DNA of 64,000 nt from Eledone cirrhosa (GCA_964016885.1 OZ024743.1:116126001-116190000); one strand, 5' to 3'. Shown: positions 25,747-38,368, counted from the stretch's first letter. The notes: generated by a model from the sequence alone, not told the origin. Translations and numbers: made by a program.

Positions 25747-28700
25747 TAGCAGTTTAGCCCGGCGTTGCTCGGGTTTGTTCATTTGCTATGAAAAGTTTCG
25801 TACAGGCAAACGTGGCTTGAAAGCAAATAAGCTTATCAATTAAGTGCATAAAGCAGTTGAACCGGTTATTAAAAGTTACGTACCAATTAGTATTTAGGAC
25901 AATCAATGATGGGTTAATAATCTTCCAATATCGAATTTAGTAGACCAAAGTTGCAAGATGGTGGCCCTGATGCCGCTGGGTGTCAGATCTGTCCGACATA
26001 GTTGAACCTACCAGGATATAGTTTTCCAGACAACATAGCTCCAACACCTCCAACACCTGCACCAACATCTAAAGCACCTCTTTGTAGACGATATTGCGTG
26101 TCATCCCTTGATGAGTGTAAGCAAAAAGTCCATTCCTGCTTCCTACGTGGGAACAGGCAACATAAAGTTGGCCATGGGAGAAGCATGGCTCCACCAAATG
26201 GATGCTCGCCACCGACAATGTTTGCCCTTGTGACTTGTTAATGGACATAGCAAAACATAGTCTCACCGGTAATCGGGATCGCCGAAATCGAATGGGATAT
26301 CTGACGCCGAGGGGAAAAGGTTCACCCTTGGAATGAAAACATTCTCCCCTCTCCCGCACCCCGTTACAATGGTGGCCTCAATAAAGTGGGGCATCAGTGA
26401 CTTGACGACCATGCGAGTACCGTTGCACTGTTTTGGTAGATGCAAGTTTTTTATTAGCATAATGGGACAGCCAAACCTAAGCTTAAGAATGTGAGGTGGG
26501 AGCCCTGGGGGCTCAAGGGAATTTAACAACTCAACCGGATAATTAACGATATAGTCGGGTTCTTATGTCCGGTCGATAAATTTGAAGATGTGCTCTTTAC
26601 CGGGAATCTTCTCACTCGGCTGCTCGTTAATAAAATTAACTATGGTATTTTTCGGAGCAAGGATGGCTCTTTCGCTGAGCCAAACGAGGTGTTTAAAGTT
26701 AGATGAGACATTAGGAAAAACTGCTTCCCAAAGGTCAGAAGGGCTGCTCACAATGTTACAGAGGGAGTCGATTGCTATGCCGCCCTTGTCATTCGCAGGG
26801 ACATTTCCCTCACCAAGTGCTAAAATGTTCTGAGAAAATACTGCAGACGTGTTGTCACCATGTAAATGAGCACGCATAGTTGTGCTCAGGTACAAACTCT
26901 TCACTTGGAGCCACAAAAATGGACGATTTAAGGCAGCCACGCACTTCATCAGTTCTTGTTCCTTTGGGGATGACAGGTAGCGTTTTCCGAAAATCCCCTG
27001 ATAGCAGAAGGGTTACGCCACTCATAGGAGCCGTAGAATCCCTAATGTCTTTGAGGGCCCCGTCCAATGCCTCAAGGGCACCCTTGTATGCCATTATGCA
27101 CTCATCCCAAACAATGAGGCAACATTTTTTTCAGAACCGGAGCTTAGTGTGAACTCTTGCTGATATTGCATGTTGGTCTCTCAGGTTTTTCTAAATCCAA
27201 GGTGAGTTTAAAGGTTGAATGTGCGGTCCTGCCCCCCCCCCCCCCCCCCCGGCAGCAAAGTAGCATCGATCCCGGATGATGCAACAGCCAACGCAATTTT
27301 TTTCTCCTGACGAATCTTAGCGAGAATCAATTTCGTTACAAAAGTTTTTCCGGTACGCCCAGGAGCATTGAACCGCGTCAATGATAGTTAAATAGGCCAA
27401 CCTTTGGTCCGACAGAAGTTTGGGATCATTTTCCTCTAAGTATTGGGAAAGAGATTCGATGTCATATGCGGTTTCCAGCAACACATCCGGGGCCAATGTG
27501 TTAGCTTCCTCTCTGATGTTTGACGGAAAGCCATACGTCGCCAACTCACTCCCACCCATGTCGAGGAGGGCGTCCTCAATATCAATGAGTGCCCTATTGT
27601 AGATAATGTCGCTGTAACCGACTTCCACTGAAGTATACTGCAGATGAGCCAGGCGCAGGAAGTCCTCAGACATGAAGTCTCTGTACTTGACCCATAAAGA
27701 TTTGGGATCACCCAATTCACACTTTTGAGAAAAATGGCAAAGTGTTCCCGTAGACCTTTAGGTCATTTCAACAAAGTGGAATCCCATTGCGAATCCAAAA
27801 TACCACGCTTAAAGCAGGCTTCCCGGTATTTATCACATATTTGTCCATCAACAGTTTTGAGGTTCTGAAAAATGTGTAGGCCTACAATTTCATGCAGAAG
27901 AAGGCGGAGATGAAAGCACTCATGCTGACTTGAGGGCACAGTGTAAACCCTTCCAAGACAGCTGTCAAATTTTACACCAGGATGTCTTTCAACAGCCTGA
28001 CCTGACTTTCTTCGCACCCAAGAGTTTTTCGATTATATAAAGTAGGATGGAACCTGGGGTACACAATTGTTTGCGCAAATGGATCGAACTGGCAAAGTTT
28101 GAAGAAACCCGTCAGAGTGGCCTCTTTCGGATCGGCGGCCAACTTAGCGGCGGTTTGGTCCGTAAAGTAAACCCTTTGCCCATTTTCTAAATGTACCACA
28201 AGCTGTACGATGGCGGGGTGCCGTTGGTGTAGGGGTAAACCAAAAATTCACCAAAAAGTTTCATTTCTACTTATATATCGCCCCGCCAGGTATTCTGTGA
28301 CCTCGTCCCTGCTATTTTCAGCTTGAAATGCGAACATTTGGCATCAGAGCCCTTATTTACTTTTGCATATGTATTTTATCGACTTGACGGAGTTGCAAAG
28401 CTCAACGTTGATCTGGGCGTTGAACATCTTCAAGAGAAGCGAGCCGTTCTCTGGCCGTCTCCGCCTGTACAGGAGTACCCGCCGCCACCTGTCTGAGTCT
28501 GATCAACAAATGTTTTGGGGTATCCCTTACTGCACGACACCCCATTCAGAGACGTGTGATGCTCATTAGGACCCGACACACAAGGACCATGTTAGCTTTG
28601 ATAATGTCATGTAATTCCTGGTCAGTTGCTGGGTTAGGGATTTCAGCCGAAATGAAGCTGTCTATGGCGTTTGAATTGATTTTATCAGCTAACCGAATCA

Positions 28701-29377
28701 AAATGAGAGCATGTGGCAGCCCTCGTTTTTGCCATTCGACGGTGAACATGTCCCATTTTAGAGCCCCAAATTCCTGACCCTCTTTGATTAAAGCCATGAG
28801 TTTAGCCAGTTTCAGTCTCAACACTGGCAATGAGGTCATATCTGTTCAAATAATTTTGCCCAGGAAAAAGTTCACGGGTTACATTCCGATTCATATATCT
28901 ATAGCATTAATCTGTTATACGAAGTGTTATTTTGCGGGTTGTTATTTGCAATAAGCCGATTGAAAATGCCCCAGATAAGCCGTATGACAATACGGAACGC
29001 TCAATACGGAACGCCCCACTGCAGTGTTGTCATATAGGGAGTTAAGAGCGACAGAGAGAGTAAAGCAGTTAAATTATAGAGAGAGGGAATATACGTAACG
29101 CTCCATTTGATCATAAACATTGTTTCTCTCTCTGCAGTGTTGTCATATGGGGAGTGAAGAGCAACAGAGAGAGTAAAGCAGTTAAATTATCTAGAGGGAA
29201 AATTATCATGATCGATTTTTGCCCTTATTGTTGATGGATTTGAAATTTCTTTTCTTCATGACCTCTTCCTGACCAAAGGCAATAATTGTCCCGACTTTGA
29301 ATTGAATCCGTTGGAAATTGTGGACGTGCATACGTTAGAAACCTTATCACACACATACTCAGCTTTATATATATAGA
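25746..29377 (-). mobile_element. Helitron, both termini intact, internally deleted
   Basis: 5' TC at 29377 after A; 3' hairpin CCCG-AGCAACGC-CGGG, 8 nt, then CTAG at 25746 before T; RepHel remnants inside. Confidence 0.93.
26069..28860 (-). pseudogene. Helitron Rep/PIF1-helicase, frameshifted
   Basis: VEWQKRGLPHAL (HUH), [77 protein letters not shown]. Confidence 0.95.
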
Positions 29378-29521
29378 TATATGTGCCTCGGACGCGTCTA
29401 TTTCTTCTCGCCATTTGATTTGTCGAACTTAAGCCCACAAGATTCATTAACTTGTCTCTCTTTTCTCTCTTTACGTTGCATTACTACCATGTTGTTTGTT
29501 TCCTTTCCTCTGATTTCCTCT

Positions 29522-29627
29522 GTCCCGATAACTTACTTTAGTTATCGCTGGCACTGATTTTAGGTATCTAGTCTGTCTTTAAGGCGAAGAAATACCAACG
29601 ATAATCAGCAGACTACTGATGAAGGAC
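29522..29627 (+). ncRNA. Rearranged (pseudoknotted) hammerhead-like RNA motif, family B, intact core
   Basis: GTCC-[CGATAACT/AGTTATCG]-CTGGCA-CTGATT-TTA-GGTA-TC-TAGTCTG-TCTTTAAGGCGAA-GAAA-TACC-AACGAT-AATCAG-CAGACTA-CTGATGA-A-GGAC. Confidence 0.7.
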
Positions 29628-29653
29628 ATTCTTTTTTCTTGGTCTACTTTTAT

Positions 29654-29738
<85 letters not shown>

Positions 29739-29825
29739 ATACCTATATTAGGTTGGACCGACATATTTTCCATATTAGGAAATGTTCGACTATTTATATA
29801 CCTGACTAAAAAAACTCTTACTTTA

Positions 29826-29961
29826 GTCCAGAAATAGCCGTCGAAACAGCTTGAGCTCTGCCGTCGGGGTCATGCCTTCTCCTAGTACCCACTCTACTAC
29901 CCTAAGTATTGAGTACTCTGGTGCGTTATGGTCCATCTCGTTCCTTACCACAACTCCTCCG

Positions 29962-29965
<4 letters not shown>
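29826..29965 (+). mobile_element. Copy of the 13721/36287 repeat family
   Basis: GTCCAGAAATAGCCGTCGAAACAGCTTGAGCTCTGCCGTCGGGGTCAT..TTGAGTACTCTGGTG. Confidence 0.8.
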
Positions 29966-30000
<35 letters not shown>

Positions 30001-30244
30001 GTCGGACAGACATACTTTATATATATATATATATATATATACATATGGGGAGGGTCATATTTGCATAATATTGCCAGAATTAATAACAGAACACACTCAC
30101 TGTTTGGTTGGTTTTCGCTTCTCGCTGTCTTTTATATCTGCGATCTAACTTACTCGGTCCTCAATGTTGCCATTGACTGACCGACGGTCAAAAATAATAC
30201 AGATACAATATAGATACAAACACATATATATAGTTTACATAATT

Positions 30245-30286
30245 TACATAAATCTTTCGTTGCACATCTGCAACATCGTCAGTGGT
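30245..30286 (-). ncRNA. HHR in the PLE 3' pLTR
   Basis: CA-CTGACGA-T-GTTGCA-GATG-TGCAAC-GAAA-GATTT-A-TG; 6-bp helix II, weak helix I. Confidence 0.7.
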
Positions 30287-30610
30287 GTTATATTTTTTCC
30301 TCCTGTTGTGTTGTATGTCTACGCCATTTTTTATTCAGTCTGTCTATATATTTATTTATTTAATTGCTTGTTTGTTTATTTTATTTTGTCTTCTTTGCGC
30401 ATGCGTTTGCGTGTGTGTATAGTGTTATGTGTGCTGTGTGACTAGTGTGTATAGTGTTGTGTCTGCTGGGTGACTAGTGTGTGTTTATGTGCTTGTTGTT
30501 ATTGTGCTTGTGTATGTATTTATTTATCTTATTTTATTTTATTTTATTTATTTACTTATTTATACTTCTCTTAGGTCAGTGTTGTTTGTTTGGGTGTTGT
30601 TGTTGTTCCA

Positions 30611-33600
30611 CTAATTCTTTCTGTTTAGATTTGGTCTTCTAATTTCTATTTCACTGGCCTCTCTGATTTGCCTATCTGCTGGGTCATTCCTATGTTTAGA
30701 TATTATTCTAATTTCTATGTTGTCTATGTTACCGTCATGTTGTTGTCTAGCATGTTCGTATAGTACTGACCCGTTTTTTCGTCCTTTTAGTTCCACCCAG
30801 TGTTGGTCTATCCTTTCACCTATGCTACGAGCTGTCTCACCTATGTATGTTGTTGTCATGTTTCTGCAAGTACCCTCTGTACATCTTATGCTATAGACTA
30901 CGTTTCTAGTTTTACAGTTTATCCGGGGGTTCACCTTACATATGATACATTTCCTATTGGTACAGTGGGTTTTCTTAAAAGGGTAGGTTTTGCTGATCAG
31001 GGATTTTATGGTGGTTCCTGGCTTTTCTACCACCTTTATTTTTAAGTGGGTCTTTCTCAGGGCCTTTCTACACTGGTTAGCTAATTTCCCTCCAGGGGTG
31101 GCGTCAACAAACATGACACTCTGATATCTCTGGTTGTCGTACCATGATGTGGCCTTCCCTATCTTATGTCTAGCCCTATCTAAGCTATTCCATGATTTGC
31201 TCCTGTATAGTGGGCAAATTCCTTTCATGTCCAGTTCTATGAGGGTCTTATACTTTTCCATGGCTCCTTCGTATACTCTGACTCTGTCTCTTTGGTTGTA
31301 GCCAGAGAACTGCATGCGGTTGATGAAGTGTTGGATGTGTCTTTCCATTTCTGTTGGGTCGCACATGCTGGACACATTCTTCATCACTCGTACCAAATCA
31401 GCGATCAGAATATTAAACTTCGCACTACTGGACATTGCTGAGTTTTTGAGTATCAGGTATTTGGAGGCCATGGATTTAGCATAGTGTGAGTGGAGAATTG
31501 GGCTCTCTCGTCTATAGTGTTAATCCATAGTTCTGTGTCTAATACAGGTAGTCTATTGTTAGGGTATTTGGAAGGGAAGTCGATAGTTACAGTTATACTC
31601 TGGTGTATGGAATTAGCTATCTGCTGGATGCTTTCCATCGTGCTACGTTCTAAATCAAACTTGCTAGTGCTCTCTAGTGGGGGTGTTCTTATAACTATAT
31701 TGATATCGTCTACATAATGAGAGTACATGATGAGGTCTATGGAGCTTTCATTAAGGAGATCTTTAAGTCTCCTTTCCCACCATACCATGAAAAGGTTTGC
31801 AAAATCACCAGCTATGCTGACGCCGATGGCTGCTCCCTCATTTTGGTTGTAGATTTTCTCATTGAACTTAAATATGTGGCCCTTTAGGGTAGTTTTGATA
31901 CTAGCCCCTATTGCATGTGCGACCATTTTTCTCTACCTGATCAGTATTTTGGGGGTCCGTATAGCTTTGGTCCACCCAATCCACCTTCCTATGGGAGTCT
32001 TTTTTGCCATTGAGGTTATGGTGGGGGGTCTACCTCTTATAGGTCTACTAGGGCAGAAACATCTAAGGTCATGGCTGTCTAGGTAGTCAGTGTCGTAGGT
32101 AAGTCTAAGTAGGAGGCCCAGTTCGTCTGTGTCGACGTGGCAGAACTCCACCTCACTCTCAATGATCATCTACACACATCTTTTCACAGCAAAATCAATG
32201 TTAATGGATGGGTACAGTGACACCACATCCATGCTGCCTATTATGCAGTTGGATAGGCTCCTGTTTTTGTTGCACTCACTGATTCTGCTGAGGAGGTCCT
32301 CTGTACTTTCACATACATCTGGGGACATCTTGATTATGGGGCGTATAACCATTGAGAGGAAGTAGGAGATCCTGTAGTTGCTAGCTATATTAGCTCCGCA
32401 TACGGATCTTGTTGGTGGTCCTGTTGTCGGGTCGTCAACTGTCTTGTGGTCTTTGCGGAGCCCATACAAGGGTGGTATGCCATTGTTAGACGCCTGGAAG
32501 TTGTTGGCAGTGCGTCTGCTTGGCTTTAGGGTGTCAGTCCACATCATCATGTGAGCGTTGAGGATTGTTTCTCTCCCATCGTGTGTGTGTTGTGCAACTT
32601 CGCTCGTGTTGGTGATGTGGGGTTGCATAGCCTCGATGTAGTTCGACATGCTATCTATTGACATCCTACCAGACTTATCTGTGGGTAGACACACTACCTC
32701 ACCATCCCTTGTGCGCTGCTTGAGGCTAACCAAGCCTTCTACAGGTTTTCTCCCAAGTTGTTGGGCCTCTGGTCTGCTCTGTCTCTTAGTATACCTGTCC
32801 ACTACTTGTCTAATCTTATTTCTAGCTATGGTGAACTGTGCCTCCGTCTCGTCATCTATTTGCTGTGGTATGCAAACTCTTTTATTAAAGGGTAACCTCG
32901 TAGGATAGATATTACCCATCTTATATGTTTTGTCAGCTGGGTTGAAAAATAGTTTCTCTAAGGGGTTGTCATTATATCTATCGTCATAGTTGTGTGTGTT
33001 GCTATTGTTATTATCAGGGTGGTTGTTGTTGTTGTTTCTATCATTAGCATTAATATTATTGTTATGATTGCTAGATGTATTGTTGTTTACTTCACCGTTA
33101 TTGTTGTTGTTACTGTTATTTCTACCATTGTGGTTGTTACTATTATTATGTTTCTTGTTTTTGTTAATGTTGCTATTTCCATTATTACCACTGTGGTTAT
33201 TGTTGTTGTTGTTCGTATTGTTACCGTTATTACTACTGTGGTCACTGTTGCTGTGTCTGTGGTTAACGTTTCTATTATTATTATTATTGTGGTTGTTGTT
33301 GTTCCGTCTATCGCTAGTATTATTGCCATTATCACTATTTCTCACTTTCCTGCCATTGTTATGGTTATGGCTGTTATTTCTATACCCAGAGTTATTGTTT
33401 ATATTACTACTACCGTTATTATTGTTGTTGTTGTTTACCTTTGCATTCCAACGTATTTTTGTGAAACACTTTTCCAGCTCCGTTTTGCATTCCATAGGGT
33501 TAATCTTTTTGTAGATGGCACATTTTGGTGGTAACCGTAGGATTTGTTGTTCTTGTTCACTGATTAAAGTGTTCCCATAGATATTTACTGTGTGGTCATT

Positions 33601-34168
33601 GGTAAATTCTTCCGGTAGTTTTACATCAGTCATACGGATATTGTCGATGTTATCTGGGTATTTTTGAGAATATTCGATTTTCCTTTCTTGTAGTTTTTTC
33701 TTATTCATCCATTCTAATTTCTTCTTGAAATGCCTATAGCATTCGTTTCGAGCGTATTTCGTTTCGCGTCGGATGACGCTCATGAAGTCATCTCTCTCGT
33801 TTGCTGTGATGAGATTTCGGATTTCTTACCGTTGATGCGTTTCTGTCTGTAGAGTGCGTTGACTTTTGTGTATGTTGTTCTTTTCATATTAACCGTTATT
33901 GTGTGTTTTAGCCGTTCGGCTTGTGTTTTGTTCAATAATAAATTATTTACTTGTTTTGATATGTTTGTTGTGTATGTTTTGGAGGAAACACAGTGTTTTA
34001 AGAAGCGGATTTGTTCTGTTGTTATTGTAGTTTTTATATAACAGAAAACAGTGTCTTTCAATAACCTTTCAGCTTGGCACAAGCTAATGCCGTAGCGGCG
34101 ATGAATTAGTTTAGCGAGGTTTTTTATATGAAATCGTGTGTCGAAACAGATATTGTTATACTTGGGGA
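30611..34168 (-). pseudogene. PLE ORF: N-terminal domain, Asn-rich insert, RT, Cys linker, GIY-YIG endonuclease
   Basis: FLKHC; PTDKSG; PPLYGLRKDHK; SMDVVSLYPSI; GAAIGVS; YVDD; LPVLD; CTNRKCIIC; VVYSIRC..YIGETARSIGERIDQH; QIREA..PNLN; a few stops/frameshifts. Confidence 0.93.
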
Positions 34169-34450
34169 GTATAAGATTTATGTAAATTATGTAAACTATA
34201 TATATGTGTTTGTGTCTATATTGTATCTGTATTATTTTTGACAGTCGGTCAGTCAATGGCAACATTGAGGACCGAGTAAGTTAGATCGCAGATATAAAAG
34301 ACAGCGAGAAGCGAAAACCAACCAAACAGTGAGTGTGTTCTGTTATTAATTCTGGCAATATTACGCAAATATGACCCTCCCCAAGTACAACAATATCTGT
34401 TTCGACACACGATTTCATATAAAAAACCTCGCTAAACTAATTCATCGCCG

Positions 34451-34517
<67 letters not shown>

Positions 34518-35434
34518 CATATAAATGTATGTATGATATATTAATTAGCGCTTCTTGGCAGATTTAACACGCCATATGCGCAGAAGCAGAGAAACTAGTG
34601 GAATTATCAAAGTGTGTTCGATGAAAAATTTAGCTTGCAACGGAAAGTGGTTTGAGACTATCAAATTAGAACGGTTGATAGCCGGATGTTTTATAAGTTG
34701 GCGTTTATAGATGGAAGGATATTTGAATATTCGTGAATATATAACATTCATATAAATGACACGTGTTTATTTAATAATAGTTATTCAATATAAAAGTGTT
34801 TCTGGAATAGTTAATTTGAATTGCTAATATAGAATTGTGGCCGGATCGATTTATATTTAATGCACAAATGGATGCCCAGGTGTGTCAATCATTTATTCCA
34901 ACACATCCAATGTTCATTTCTCGTGATTTTAGATATATAAACTGAATAGGATAGTGATTTCCTTTTATATACTGATATTTCAACATTTATTAATGCAATA
35001 GATGTCATATTAAATACAATGGTCAAATATAATGACCATGTATGGTTAGCTAAGATTGAAAGAAAACTAGTGCTGCCCTGAATTAAAACAATTAGCACTA
35101 TGAAAATCATTCTTGGAAAAGGAAATCTCAATAATTTGGAAGATGTAATTTTGATCAACTTAATTTTATAGGGAGGTAGGGAATTTTTCGTTAAAACATG
35201 GGATAGTATGCACTACGGTTTTCGTTCTAGCCCGCCTCACCTCCTTTCTAGGCTGATAAAAATGTACTAGTTCAGTTGTGGCGTCGATTCTCTCTCTCTC
35301 GCCTCCATCTCTCTCTCACTTTAATTTTCTGTATATATATATATATACATTATATTCCAGTCCAATAAACTGTTGGGTGGTACTTATCCGATATTTGCAT
35401 TGCTTTATTGTGCTACAATAAAACTCACCTCCTG

Positions 35435-35483
<49 letters not shown>

Positions 35484-35490
35484 AAAGTAA

Positions 35491-35592
35491 GTCCTTCATC
35501 AGTGACCCTCCAACCGTCCCAGGCATTTCATCGCTTTAAGGGCCATGTACCTCAGGTTGGTGCGAACAACGGCTAAAAAAGGTCGTTGGGAC
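35491..35592 (-). ncRNA. Rearranged hammerhead-like RNA motif, family C
   Basis: GTCC-[CAACG..CGTTG]-TTCGCA-CCAACC-TG-AGGTA-CA-TGGCCCT-TAAAGCGAT-GAAA-TGCCT-GGGAC-GGTTGG-AGGGTCA-CTGATGA-A-GGAC. Confidence 0.68.
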
Positions 35593-35716
35593 ACGTAAAT
35601 AAAGGGGACGTTAGGGTAACAAACAAAATGATTTAAGCAACGGAAAGTGAGAAGAAAGAGACAAGTCTCAGATTTTTTCATATGTACCCCATTTGCAACG
35701 CGCAGCTCATCATTAT

Positions 35717-35791
<75 letters not shown>

Positions 35792-35814
35792 CATATATAA
35801 ATATATATATAACC

Positions 35815-36140
35815 GATAGCGCGGTAAAACCACTTGGAGTGAAGGGCCCCTAGCATTTGTCAGCGCATTCTTCTAGGAGAATGCAACACAGGAAACTGGG
35901 ATAAATCCGATATAAAACCTGCGGCTCAGTAGTTACTGATGATGTTGATCTTTTCTTCTTTTCGGGTTATAACTACTGTCGCTCAGAGAGTGGTATTTGC
36001 TCAGTGGATAGTCTTTTCTCACTTTAAAAAAGTATCTTCACGCACAGGTATTGCACGATAGAATTAATTAATAATTATTAATAATGGTATATCGTGCAAT
36101 GGCCATACTCGATAACGAGGGGGCAGCCATCATCATCATC
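35815..36140 (+). mobile_element. Dispersed repeat (SINE/LINE-end-like, (CAT)n tail), copy 1
   Basis: ~310 bp clearly homologous to 38557-38872 in opposite orientation. Confidence 0.8.
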
Positions 36141-36197
<57 letters not shown>

Positions 36198-36244
36198 CAT
36201 ACATACATACATACATACATACATACATACATACATACATACAT

Positions 36245-36286
<42 letters not shown>

Positions 36287-36290
<4 letters not shown>

Positions 36291-36490
36291 ATGTTTAACC
36301 CCGACGGCAGAGATCAAGCCGTTTCGACGGCCATTTCTGGGCTGTCCAGAGTCCAGAAATAGCCGTCGAAACGGCTTGATCTCTGCCGTCGGGGTTAAAC
36401 ATTTTCCTATTACCCACTCTCCTACCCTAAGTATTGAGTACTCTGGTGCGTTAAGGTCCATCTGGTTCCTTACTACGCTTCCTTCGTCAT
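36287..36490 (+). mobile_element. Fold-back copy of the 13721 family
   Basis: Palindrome 36287-36408 plus shared tail; between (TA)n tracts. Confidence 0.82.
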
Positions 36491-36702
36491 ATATATATAT
36501 ATATATATGTAGATAAATCTACCAAAATATACGGTAGTGTCCAATCCGTATGAAGAACTCAATGTAATCAAAATATCATGAAAAGAGAAGATGTATTCAA
36601 CATTTTTTCGATGAAAAACACAGGAAAACAGAGTCAAGATAAATTAATAAAAGTAATGAATAAAAACAAAGAAACAGTTCCTTATATTAAAAAAATTCAT
36701 CC

Positions 36703-36826
36703 TTTTACAATCGTTTCTAGGATATATATGTGTGTTGATATGTATATCATATAGATCTATGTAAACATTTTACAAACTATCGGAGGGAATATACATACCT
36801 ACACATATATATGCTATCTTCAGAAA
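36703..36826 (-). ncRNA. HHR with long helix II
   Basis: TTT-CTGAAGA-T-AG-CATATATATGTGT..ACACATATATAT-CCT-A-GAAA-CGATTG-T-A-AAA. Confidence 0.65.
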
Positions 36827-37142
36827 TAATTATCCAGATTAGAGCAAACATCACGTGCGCTCTATCTCAAAATTATTTATAAAAAGCATTAGAAATGTGC
36901 AACCGGTAAAAACTTAAATCCAAATACTTATTACTAATTTTTACTTATTCCTAATTAAACTATTTTTCACTGGGAACAATTTGTCAGCATTTTCTTTTCG
37001 TTTTACCAATATATATATATATATAGAGAGAGGCTTAGCTCTGTTTCTTGACCGTTATATCGCGTGACTATCTCCCCCTCCGCCTTTTGGGATTCTTTCT
37101 CACGTCGTGTAGACGCGTTCTTGAGACTAGTAAAATGAGGTA

Positions 37143-37230
37143 TCCTCTTGATAAGTCGGCAGACCTCGCAAGGACTCTATATCTTTGATATATTGTTTTT
37201 GTTTATGCCACGAAACTACTTAGTCGAGGA
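37143..37230 (+). ncRNA. Degenerate HHR
   Basis: TCCTC-TTGATAA-GT-CGGCA..TGCC-AC-GAAA-CTACTTAG-T-C-GAGGA; helices I and III perfect, core mutated. Confidence 0.55.
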
Positions 37231-37296
37231 ATTTAGGAACAGTTTAGGTATGATACATTTTATTACTAATTATATCTAAATGTTTCTTCTCTCTTC

Positions 37297-37415
<119 letters not shown>

Positions 37416-38174
37416 AGAGAGAGAAAGAGGGAGTTATGTATATATATAGATATAGATATTTTTTCTCTATCTCTGTTATTGGAAGAAATTTAATGCGTTT
37501 TAAATATCCAATCATGCTGTGTGTCCCTTCAACGCCCCTACGACTTACTACACGCTCGCATATCTTTCTATATATTCTAAATAAGCTGTATACAATATAT
37601 ATAGAGACCAGAATGGTTCCCATGACAAAAAGGGGAAAAAATCACATAGGACTGCAATATTTTAGAATAAGAATAAAGATATCCAATTTTAAAAAAAATG
37701 CATTATCCAGGAACACATTGAAGTGATTTGTAACATGGGCTGCTAGAAAAAAATGAGGGGTGTTATTTCTTTCTTTCACTCAAAATATGAACACGAGAAT
37801 GGCCCTGCAAAAAGAAACTGGTAAATTGTTTGACAATTTTTAAAAGGCCCTTTCAGCAAGTTCTATTTACTTTCCTTCCTAAAAAGAAAAAATGTTAATA
37901 AAAAAAGATAATATAGTATAAATTTTCTTTATTCGGTAAATGATAATGGGAACAATGGAGAAGGAAAAAGAAATAGTAAATTCAAGAAAGATGTTGTTAT
38001 CTTGTTTCGAAATATTAGAATATTTACCTGTAACACTTTCTGGCTTTTAAAATACATATTTAAGGATTTTATCTTTTTTATAGTGATTGTCGAATGAAAT
38101 AAAAGTTGTAATACTCACTTGAATGAACAAAATGTTGATGAAGTTTGCTTCAATTGGAGACAAGAAATTTAAAC

Positions 38175-38215
<41 letters not shown>

Positions 38216-38265
38216 TATATATATATATATATTTATATATTCATATATCTATACATACATGCATA

Positions 38266-38368
<103 letters not shown>

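Larger units (their letters stand above)
30047..34452 (-). mobile_element. Penelope-like retroelement, near full length, with 3' pLTR and inverted 5' pLTR
   Basis: 30047-30258 is the inverted repeat of 34175-34382; 34092-34168 is the inverted repeat of 34378-34452; RT and GIY-YIG ORF; (TA)n on both sides. Confidence 0.93.

Noticed and set aside
30164-30445. 93-aa ORF sharing its N-terminus with 33780-34265
   Set aside because: Antisense pLTR sequence; the shared start is due to the inverted repeat
35892-35946. GAAA-CTGGG..CTCAG-TA-GTTA-CTGATGA as a type-II HHR
   Set aside because: No helix I, and helix II pairing is not kept in the second copy; it does not fit the rearranged motif either
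37560-38160. Possible L1-like C-terminal relic
   Set aside because: Only faint motif similarity; cannot be supported without a search
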